Below are positions 22,301 to 33,700 of a stretch of 64,000 nucleotides of DNA, piece after piece. The position numbers and the translations under genes are program-made. Origin of the DNA: Macrostomum hystrix (lineage: Eukaryota > Animalia > Platyhelminthes); NCBI GenBank assembly GCA_950097015.1, contig CATNEN010000029.1, positions 2,170,001-2,234,000 of the forward strand. Direction: 5' to 3'. The notes under the pieces are model-generated. The model was not told the DNA's origin. It saw only the letters and a program-made list of their open reading frames with translations, and did no database searches. Position 1 is the first letter of the stretch; every line of letters begins with the position of its first letter.

Positions 22301-25300
22301 CACACACTGTGTGTGGTGGCATCTCCTTTGTCTGCTCTCCCCTAGTGTTTCGCCTAGCCGTCAGAGCTTCATGATACTTCATTGTCTCGCATGCCATCTC
22401 AACCAAATTAAGTTTAACCTACCCGTACAAATCTCTAGCATCGATTGGTAGCTAGCTTTATTGAAGATACTATTCTCAATTACTCAATGTTATTCAATTG
22501 TCTCGAATTGTTCCACGTGTACTTTTAAACTCCTGACAACTGTACGCATTCTACCATCTACTTGAGACAAAGAGACAGGGGACTAGAATGAGATCCATTG
22601 AAGGGAGAGGAGATCCATAGAGGGGAGTATTATCCGTGGATATACTCCCCCTGTACCCTGTTATCCCAGTCAGCATCTACTCCCCTCTGTCTCCTGTTAT
22701 CCCAGTCAGCATCTACTCCCCTCTGTCTCCTGTTATCCCAGTCAGCATCTACTCCCCTCTGTGTCCTGTTATCCCAGTCAGCATCTACTCCCCTGTTATC
22801 CCAGTCAGCATCTACTCCCCCCTGTTTCCTGTTATCCCAGTCAGCATCTACTCCCCTCTGTGTCCTGTTATCCCAGTCAGCATCTACTCCCCTCTGTGTC
22901 CTGTTATCCCAGTCAGCATCTACTCCCCTCTGTGTCCTGTTATCCCAGTCGGCATCTACTCCCCTCTGTGTCCTGTTATCCCAGTCAGCATCTACTCCCC
23001 CCTGTTTCCTGTTATCCCAGTCAGCATCTACTCCCCTCTGTGTCCTGTTATCCCAGTCAGCATCTACTCCCCTCTGTCTCCTGTTATCCCAGTCAGCATC
23101 TACTCCCCTCTGTGTCCTGTTATCCCAGTCAGCATCTACTCCCCCCTGTCTCCTGTTATCCCAGTCAGCATCTACTCCCCTCTGTGTCCTGTTATCCCAG
23201 TCAGCATCTACTCCCCCCTGTCTCCTGTTATCCCAGTCAGCATCTACTCCCCCCTGTCTCCTGTTATCCCAGTCAGCATCTACTCCCCCCTGTCTCCTGT
23301 TATCCCAGTCAGCATCTACTCCCCTCTGTGTCCTGTTATCCCAGTCAGCATCTACCCCTGTCTCTCTTATCCCCATAAAGCAAAGGACAATGAGCTCTGG
23401 TTCGCTAAATCCCCTTTTGGCAGTGACATCCCAGCTGTTGTTCAGCGAGCCTTAACCAGCAAAAGTGACCGGAGTAAAATGTGCGCTCTCTCCAATCTTG
23501 ATGGGGTGGGTGTAGTGCGTCCGTTTCAGCAGCGAAAAAGCTTTGCAAACAAGGCCTGCAACTGCCCCATACCCCTCTGTCACAGAGTAGAAGTGAGATC
23601 AAACATAGGGAGTGTATGGCCGCAGACAGAGCGGGAGACATTGTGTGTGAAGAGACTAGAATTAACCGGAACAATGCACTGTCCCGATTCTGGTATAGCC
23701 AGGTAAACGCTCGATTAGACTTGGCCCAGAGCTTCTGTTTTGTGGGCATTTTTCTTGGAAAAAATTTACTTTCCACCTGTTTGTATCGACGAAAATCACG
23801 TTCTATTTATAGTCTGTTTTTGTTAATTTTTGTCTAATTCGCTCATTTCAGCTACAGTTCCGCAGACAGCTGCCCAACCAGAGGATGCCCTGGTGAGTTT
23901 AGCATGCGTGCACAAAATTAAACCTATTTTTTCTTTGCTGCCTACTTACCACTAGGTCAGTAGAGCACTTAGAATGTACGAGCTGCTTATTCCACCCCAG
24001 CCCGCAGTAAAACAGGCCAGACAGCCGGGAAACTCAGCATCGAGGCGCAAAGCATTTAAACTGTTCGACGAGGCTGCGAAACAACAATCGGTTGGGGTAA
24101 AGTGAGTGCTGCTAGATGCTCCGCATGGCCCTTTTAAACGGTTAAATAATTCAGATTGGATCACAGACAATCATTCTCGATAATCCACTGACATTGGATC
24201 ACAGACAATCATTCTCAATAATCCACTGACATTGGATCACAGACAATCATTCTCGATAATCCACTGACATTGGATCACAGACAATCATTCTCAATAATCC
24301 ACTGACATTGGATCACAGACAATCATTCTCGATAATCCACTGACATTGGATCACAGACAATCATTCTCGATAATTCACTGACATTGGATCACAGACAATC
24401 ATTCTCGATAATCCACTGACATTGGATCACAGACAATCATTCTCGATAATCCACTCACATTGGATCACAGACAATCATTGTCGATAATCCGCTGACATTA
24501 GATCACAGACAATCATTCTCGATAATCCTCTGACATTAGATCACAGACAATCATTCTCGATAATCCTCTGACATTAGATCACAGACAATCATTCTCGATA
24601 ATCCGCTGACATTGGATCATTGTTGTTATTTTACAAATTGTTATTTGTCAATCAAAGTTGACGACAACTCTGACCTCGATAACCCATGGTGTCCCCACCT
24701 TCAGCAGCAATCCATTGTACACTAGCCGCAGCGTTCGTCGTTCAGCCGACTACACTCTGTTGCCGTCTCACATGCATCCGCAACAGCTGCAGCAGCAGCA
24801 TCAGCAGCAGCAGGGCCCACGTGATCAGAACCAGCAGCATCAGCAGCCGCAGGTCAAGATGCCCCGCAGTGGCCCAGTAGGCAGCAGGCCTAGTCTGCAG
24901 CAGATGATTCAGCTGACGATGGACGCTGAGCTTGATGGCCCGGTGGCTGACCGGGTCATGCGAGGTAAGCTTTGTTTCTCATGGAGACAATTGGCAAATA
25001 GACAAATGGACACAAGTGTTTACGGGGTGTACAATCGGTTGACTGACATACAATCCTGGGTGTACAATCGGTTGACTGACATACAATCCTGGGTGTACAA
25101 TCGGTTGACTGACATACAATCCTGGGTGTACAATCGGTTGACTGACATACAATCCTGCAGGGTGTACAATCGGTTGAATGACATACAATCCTGGGTGTAC
25201 AATCGGTTGACTGACATTGACTTATCTTGATTTGACTTATCTGCAGGGCGGTCCGACGGACGCAGCGGGGAGGCGGGAGTCGCCCATTCCGCTAATCCCT

Positions 25301-28300
25301 GAAAGACCCGCAATCGGCCGATGGCGCGGGACCAGTAAGGGAGGTCCGTGTTCGGTCCTTCCTGCAGCTTGTTCCTCGCTGGGGAAGAAAGAGGCTCGTC
25401 TGGTAGCCCTTAGGAACCGGACGAGCCGCGGGATGTTCTCGGATCTGCAAACATCGTCCATGGATGGGTTTGGTCCGAGGTGATTAAGCCTCTCTCTGGT
25501 GAAGAAAGGGCAGTGGCAGACGAAGTGCAGGGCATCCTCGTCCTCAAGGTTGCAGAAAGGGCACAGCTCACTCCGGAGGTCTCCACGGAGGAAACAGTGT
25601 CTGGCGTAGCAGCCATGGCCCGTGAGGGTCATGGTGAGGGCCCGGATGTCCTTCCGGGTCTGGTTCAGAAAGACCTTCCGGAGCCGAGCGGATGGCACTG
25701 GAACTGCCGCTTTGGATTGGCGGCAGTTAGTGGTGCTTCTCCACCGGGTAAGATGGAGGTTGGCAGTCCAATCATTAATCTGACGATAAATGACGGTGCT
25801 CGGAATCGGAGCCGGGGGGGAGGGGCCCGGCGCAGAGCTGGCTCCTCCCTGCTTGGCCAGGTGGTCAGCAAGCTCGTTACCAGGGAAACCGGCGTGCCCT
25901 GGTATCCACTGAAGTCTGACGGTATTCTTACCGGCCAGGTTATTGAGCTGCCGGACACAGTCGGAGACTGTCCGGGAGGTTGTGGTGGTGTGACAGAGGG
26001 CTTGCAGAGCAGCCTGACTGTCCGAGTGAAAGATGATAGTCCTGCCTGAGATGTTTTTCTCATTCAACTCCGCAGCGCAGGAGCTGATGGCCAGGACCTC
26101 GTTCTGGAAAACGCTCGAGGATTTTCCAGTGTGTTGGGCGTGTGTGGCGACAACACGTCCGTTGATAAGGATACAGACCCCGAAGCCAGCGGAGCCATCC
26201 TTCATGGATCCGTCCGTGTAGCAGTGGACCTCCTGGGTGTTCCAGTGGTCGCTAACTTGGTCCCTGGTGGGGATGAGAACCTTAAAGCGCTGAAGGAGGT
26301 TGAGCGAGCACGGTTCACCGTCCGTAAGGACATTGATTCCGTTGCTCGCACCCAAGTCTCTCAGGCAAAGGTCCGTGTGCGGCAGGAGCTTTCGCTTCGC
26401 TGCCGCTCGTTGGGGGACGAAACGCACACCGGCATCAAGGAGACGCCGGGCGGTTTTTGCCGCCTCCCCGCGGATAAAGATATCGAGCGGGAGGATGTTC
26501 AAGAAGGCGTTGAGGCCATCGAAGGGGGCGGATGGCGGGGCGCTCATGATCGTCCGACATGCGCGACCTTGCACTCTCCGAAGAGTCTCATGGCAGGTCT
26601 TAAGCTGCAGGGCACTTGCCCAGATCAGTCCGGCGTACGAGACAGCCGGCCTGACCATAGCAGTGTAGATCCACCATAGGCGTTTGGGGGTGAGACCCCA
26701 CGTGTTGCCCACCGCCCTGCGCAGCTGCGCCAGGATCGCAAAGGCCTTTTTGGCTTTGGCATGGACATGAGGAGTCCAGCTGAGCCTGTGATCGAGCGTT
26801 ATGCCCAGGCATTTAGTTTGCTTCTAGAAGGTGATGTCCTTTCCATACAACTGCAGGGGGCGAGGTTGACTGACATACAATCCTGGGTGCACAATCGGTT
26901 GACTGACATACAATCCTGCAGGGTGTACAATCGGTTGACTGACATACAATCCTGCAGGGTGTACAATCGGTTGACTGACATACAATCCTGGGTGTACAAC
27001 AGCTTGACTGACATACAATCATAGGTGTACAAGTGTTTGACTGACATACAAATGTATAGTTATGTGGGGTGTATGACCATTCTTCCCAAAATACAAATAT
27101 ACTTGTGTGGGCTGAACTACACACAGACGGAAGCAGCCAAAAAAAGGCTATAAAGTGTCTGGATAAACCATCTTATCCGATAGGCCAGTATACAGGTAGC
27201 ATCAGAAGTGGTCAAATATGCGTCGCCACAGCATCTTTACTAGCGCGAGTAGTGTCCTCAAATCTATTATTATCAGCTGCTCAGCTAAAACAAAAAAGGA
27301 AATAGTTGCTATCGCCGCTGCTCTCTCTATAGTCGATGAGGCTTCATTCATAAATTAATCCCATCTGCTGCTGGCACGCTTAATTATTAACGGGATCCTA
27401 CTCCGGGTCAAACAACAGAAATCAGTTTATAAGCGCACAGCTGTGATTTAGGTAGCTTCTAAAACCAGTGAGCCGAGGACTGCGTTGGTTGCCAAGGGGA
27501 ATGGACTCCAGTCTAACCGCTGTACCACTTCAGCTGAACCAACAACAGCGCAGAGCTCTTCATAAAGCCGCTATCTATGAGCAGCGGAATGCAGTGGTAG
27601 ATCCCCAGTGTGCGATGCCCAATGCTCGCGGTAAATGCCATATTCTCATCCTGCATGGCTCGTATCCAATCACAAATCTTAGAGCTCATAGAGGCGACTC
27701 AGTCTGTACTACTCTCTCTATCTGTGAACAGTGAGCAGGTGGGACTTACTCTCTGCGTGCTCACTGCGCTGTTGCGTGCGAGTATAGAGAAAAAGCAACG
27801 CAAGCCTTGTAGAATAGAGGCCCCCTGTTGCTTGTTTTGGCCTCTTTATCACAAAGAGAGAGCTTTCTTTCGATCAGTCCTCCAGTCAAAAGTGACTAAA
27901 AGAGGGCAGAAGAAGCGAGGCGTTGAGTGGTCCGCTCGCCCTCGCCCAGGCTGACTTCGCTACAAAAGTGCCGGCAAAGAACCGCCGACAGCATTTATTG
28001 TTTTGCGTTTCACTGGCCTACAAAAGTCTGCCTATAGAAGTAAAGAAGAAAGCACACAGCCAGGTGAAAGAGAGGAAGAGAGAGCGTAGCATCGGGACTT
28101 TCACCACAAATGGTGAAACAAGACGACCAGTTGAGCGCTACAAAATGCTGGACCAACTCTCAGTGCCGAATTGAGCAGTCTCCCTTCAACACGCCAGTGA
28201 GGAGGTGAGGAGAAAAATAACTTCAATCCCCACTCCGAGATGGGCTGCGGCTCATCGAATGTCGCCAGTCCAACTCGTCGACGAGCTAGCGTTGCGGCCG

Positions 28301-29504
28301 GCAACGGCAAGCAGCCTGTGATGGCGACACCGCCGCCGCCTCCGCCGCCTCCGCCTCCGCCTCCGCCTCCGCCAAAGTCGGCATCACCGCCGCTGTCGCG
28401 TCAGCAACCGCAGCAAAGTCGGCTACCCTTGCCAGCTAAGGCAGCTACTTCCAGCAGAGACAGCCGAGTCTCCAGTGGAGAAAGCGCCACTGAGAGCAGA
28501 GAAGAAGCTGCAGGGGAGAAGCTGCCTGGCCATGGTTTTTCATTAAGTTCAGCGACGCCACTTCCACCGGTGCATCCGGCTCCGCCTCCTCCGCCGCCTT
28601 TGCGGATGCCGCCGCCGCCGCTAGAATCAGTTGGCGAGGCAACCCAAACTGCCAGTAAATCTCTACCGCTTTCATCCAGGCTTCAGTTTCAGTTTGTAGA
28701 TGGGAAGAGATGGGAATTCACAAGCCCCAGTCCACCTAGCAGCTAAGTTCGTGTACATGGAGGAGTTCTGGGGCGAGAAGCGCAAATGCAGCGAGTGTAT
28801 GATTTCAAAGCATTTTTACACTCCACCTTGTCCCCTGCTAATGATTAGAGACAGATAGACATCAACGGGAAATGTATAGTTGGGATTTAGGAAGACCTCT
28901 ACTGCAGCCACTCCTATTGTCTCTCTTTGCATTTGATCTACTTTTCATACCCTCCCCCGAAAAGGTTCGGAATGGGTTGGAGAGGATGACGAGAGTGAGA
29001 CTGAGCTCGCCTGTTTCACGTTGCAGTTGATGAAGCAAATCTGTGCTCACACGCTCTCTATTCCTACACCCACCTACTCCCGTGCAGACAGACAGGCATT
29101 AGTTAGAATGCAAATCAATCGATTTGACCCAACAACTTGCATTGCTGTGCTCAGCTCACCCACACACACACTCTCTACGATACCAAGAGAGGTGAGGGTG
29201 GGCGATGGAAATAGAATTACAAAGAGAGGCAGACAGCCAGACAGACAGGTCAGTGAGAGCAGCGCGTCAGATCCTCTCTCTAACCCTCTCGCTCTCGCTT
29301 TGTAATTTCCTCCATTTGAGCCCTCGGCCTGCAGTAGCATAAAAGGCTGCCATATTGGGGAAGAATTGGGGAATAACGAAGACAAAGGTGAAGTGAGCGG
29401 TGGAAAATTTTTTATAGGGCCAGGTTGAGAAGAGAAATCACGCATCGTTTGACTGCAAATGTAGCTGCAGTGCCTTCTGCTTGGCAGGTTTCTATCCTAG
29501 TCGT

Positions 29505-29550
<46 letters not shown>

Positions 29551-29597
29551 TGTCGATGGCGGCTGGCGGACTGAGGGGAGGCTCCGACACATTCCAG

Positions 29598-29632
<35 letters not shown>

Positions 29633-30710
29633 ACAGCAGCAACAGCAGCAACAGCAGCAACAGCAACAGCAGCAGCGGTTTGGTGCTGGTTCTAGGCAGA
29701 CTCAACAGTCTAGCGGCGGGTTTCTCAACGATACTACAGGTGAGAATTCGGAGCCTCTTTACCGAATTAAAAGAAAAACTAGGAACGCGTTCGTTCAAGC
29801 GAAGAGTCTACTAGAAAAATATAATTAAGTACTAGATTAAGTTATCGATTTAGAACATAAAATTTGCCCATTGTGAGTGAGTTCCTTATCAACTAGTCGA
29901 TCAGCTCATCAATAAATAATAGTTTTTTTCAGCCAGTCAATTAGCTTATCAGCCAGTCAATTAGCTTATCAGTCAGTCAATTAGCTTATCAGTCAGTCAA
30001 TTAGCTTATCAGTCAGTCAATTAGCTTATCAGTCAGTCAATTAGCTTATCAGCCAGTCAATTAGCTTATCAGTCAGTCAATTAGCTTATCAGCCAGTCAA
30101 TTAGCTTATCAGTCAGTCAATTAGCTTATCAGCCAGTCAATTAGCTTATCAGTCAGTCAATTAGCTTATGAGCCAGTCAATTAGCTTATCAGCCAGTCAA
30201 TTAGCTTATCAGCCAGTCAATTAGCTTATCAGCCAGTTGATTTGTTTTTTGATTCTGGAAGTTGTTTTCATCGAATAGAAAGGAAAATTCTAGGCCGTGT
30301 TCTGGATTTTCATAGCGATTGGTTGAATATTTTAGGAGAAACGTAAAAAATATAAATGTGGCTATTCGCAACACCCCCGTGATCTTTCTACTGTTAAGCT
30401 ATCACGTATCACTTCGTAGTAAAGTAGAGTAAATGCATCGCCATCTACGTACCAGCCGCCAGTTGAACTCAAATCCCTGACTCGCCCTTCGCCGACTCAC
30501 TTCAGCTTCCAGTCAGCCGCAGCCGCTGCCGGCATCCAGGCGCCAGCCAGTGAAGGCGGAGCGTCGCGGATTCGAGCTGACCCTGGGCCTCAATTCTGAC
30601 GATGATGACGACAATGACGACGCCAGGAATGGGCGACGACTCAGCCAGGGTGTTGGCAGGGCGCTGAGGCGCCAAGAAAGATCGCTGCCTGCACTGCACA
30701 CTGGCGAGTT

Positions 30711-30763
<53 letters not shown>

Positions 30764-33700
30764 GGCGGCAACAGCAGCCAGATGCTGACGCGGAGATAAT
30801 ACGAATCCTGCATGAAGTGAGTCAAATTTTCAGCAAGAACAATGAAAATTTAGTCAGTCAGTCAGTCAGTCAGCTCTTTCGCCACTCCGCAGGAGCAGCT
30901 GGCGATATCCAGGAAGCACTCGGAGCTGGTGGCATCGGAAGACGCATGCTGGAAGAAGCCGAGAGCCTCAACAACTGGGGCGAGCAGACGCGTGTCCGAG
31001 GGTGAGCAGCAACTACTCAACTCGCAGATTCTAAAGTTCAACTGGAAAATGTATTGCTTATTCATTTATTGCTTCAACAGGGATTGCGCCACCTCAAGTT
31101 GCCTTTTCCACTGGGGCTGGCGGCGGTAGCATCGGCGGCAGCGGAGGCGGCGGCGGTGGAGTCAACACAAAGCGGCACTCGTTGCAGGCAGCCGCAGCCG
31201 CAGCCGCCACGCCGCGCCTGCCCTCAATAGCCGGCAACAGCCGGGCGGACCCGGACGAGGCGCTGCTGGCATCGAATCCAGAGCGCGCGCTGGACGAAGC
31301 CATGCAACGCGTGACCTCCGAGGACTGGGAGGCGAAGTGCTCCGGCCTGCAGCTGCTGCAGCGGCTGGCATCGAAGCACCAGCTCGGGGCCGGAGTCGGC
31401 CGCGACCTGCACAGCCTGAGCGTGGCCCTCCTGGCCGAAGTGAAGAACCTCCGCTCGCAGGTGTCTCGCCAGGCCCTGCAGACGCTCTGCTCGGTGCTGC
31501 GCTCGGCTGGCCGACGCATGGAGCCGGAGCTGGAGGCCTGCGCCAAGGTGCTGCTGCAGAAAACTGGCGACACCAACCGGTTTATTCAGGGCGACTGCGA
31601 GGCCGCCCTGCACGAGCTGGTGGCGTGCGGAGCCAGCTATGGCCGGGTGATGGCCGCCCTCCTGGCTGGCGGAGCCGAGCACAAGAGCGGCCAGGTGCGC
31701 GCCGTATGCGCCAGGTGCCTCTGCGAGCTGTGCGAATTGGGCGCCGGCGCCGGCCGGAGCAAGCTGGCCAGGGACCAGCCAGACAGGCTGCTGCCGGCCT
31801 TGGCCGTCTTCTGCATGGATGGCGGACAGGAGACCAGGTGATTGATAGATTGAATGTCCAGCCATTCGAGAGCTTTCGTAATAATATTAATCAAATATAA
31901 TGTTTTTATCATTATACTCGTACTCGTAATTTTGGGCTGCGGGCAGTGGCACATCATTTGGTGACACTAGACCTGCAGCCAGCGAGGAGGCAATTCTGTC
32001 CATTTCGGTGACTCCTGAGCACACACGCACACAGATACATGGCCCTCGAAGGCGTAAATTGCACGCCAAGCCCCCAAGCCTTCTCTCTGCGGCTGCAACC
32101 CAAATGAATGTGGCCACGCCGCAGAATCGAGCTTAGGGCCTTGGTGCGAGAGGCAAACGCGATAACCACTCTGCCACTCGCCCCTCTAAGCTGCATGCAG
32201 CTGTCCAGTCCATGGACTGGGGCACTCACTCACTCACAATCTACTTCAAAAGTGCAATAAATTTTAAATAACTAGGAGTGTTGGCAACTTCAGAGGATAA
32301 TGCAATCAACTTGTATGCAGTTAGCGAGGAGACAATTCTGTTGACCTCTGAGTACACAACCCAATACACAGAAAAATGGTACCAGGCACACAGACACATT
32401 CTGAAAGATTTCGTGAGCACTTACCGGGCATTAGGGGCGTGAGTGGCAGAGCGGTTAACGCGTTTGTTTCACGCTCCAAGGTCCCTGAGCTCGATTCCGC
32501 GGCGAGGCCACATTCATTTGGGTTGCAGCCGCAGAGAGAAGGCTTGGGTGCTTGTCGTGCAATTTACGAGATTGCACATTGAGATTGTACACTGCCCTAA
32601 AAGTCAGTGTGCCTGTGTGTGATATCTGTGTGCGTGTGTGCTCAAAACTGCCTCCTCGTTGGCTGCGGGTCTAGTGTCACCAAATGATGCGCCATACCGC
32701 GCAGCTCTCCAGTATATATTATTGTTATTACCCGACCTGAACTCATTTCCAGATACTGGGGCCGTCGGGCGCTGCATCCGCTGCTTGAGCTGCCCGACTT
32801 TCAGAGCCTGTGGTCAAAGCACGTGAGCCAGAGTGTGCAGCGCAGCATGGCGGAAGTTCTGGAAAATCTGCGCTCCCGCGGGCCAGGCGAATGTCCGCCC
32901 TCGGTGGCTCTGGCTGCTGCTGCGGCGGCTGCGGCCCGGCGTGGTCAGTCGGCCGGCGGCGAATTCGGAGACGGCCTGCTGAAGCAACAGGTCAGCCTGC
33001 CAGGACAGCAGCAGCCGGAGTCGCCTCAGCCGGTGCCGTTCACCCAGTCGGCTCCTGTCAGCGGCTATCAGGCCACTAGAAAGGCGGTGGGGGGCGGAGG
33101 CGGTGTCGGCGCCGGCGGCCGGCCGACCGAGGCGGCAGCGGAAGAGGTGAAGACAATCTGCGCCAGACTCGCGGCCAGCGACTGGCGCGAGCGGCAGGAG
33201 GGAATCGAGCGGCTCAGCCAGATGGCCAGGCAGAGGCCGGACCTGGTCGGGCACTTTGTTGTCAAGGTGAGGCCCGGCCTGCCAGTTGGCTGAACTTGTT
33301 TAAGTCCAAGTCGGACGGCTGACTAAGAATTTTTTGCTCAATAATATTAACCGCAAGTGGACTGGGGAACACTGGCTACAATCAAACTGCAGACAGTGTG
33401 GAGGAAATTTCGCCCATCCCGCTGATTCTTCAGCACACACGCACACAAATAATTTACGCAGGCACACGCTCACACAGGGTGTGTACATCTGCTCTGGCTT
33501 TCTTATCGTTAGGCAGTGTACACTCTCAATGTGCCTTGGACCTCGACAAGCTCCCAAGCCTTCTCTCCGCGGCTGCATCAAAAATGACTGTGGCCTCGCC
33601 GCGGAATCGAGCTTAGGGACCTTGGTGCGAGAGGCAGTCCCTGACATGGAGCTTGAAGCCCATTGGTTAGAACTGCATACTTCGGACCAAAAGGTCATGA

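Noticed and set aside
23616-23702. Alternative first exon ending at donor-like CAG|GTAAAC
   Set aside because: The ATG frame gives phase 0 while the next exon needs phase 1, and the phase-1 frame has a stop just before the donor
22598-23706. Long repetitive ORFs on both strands, and similar ones at 6367, 8138, 37507, 53494, 56127, 59633 and 63160
   Set aside because: All are read-throughs of tandem repeats with no domain content
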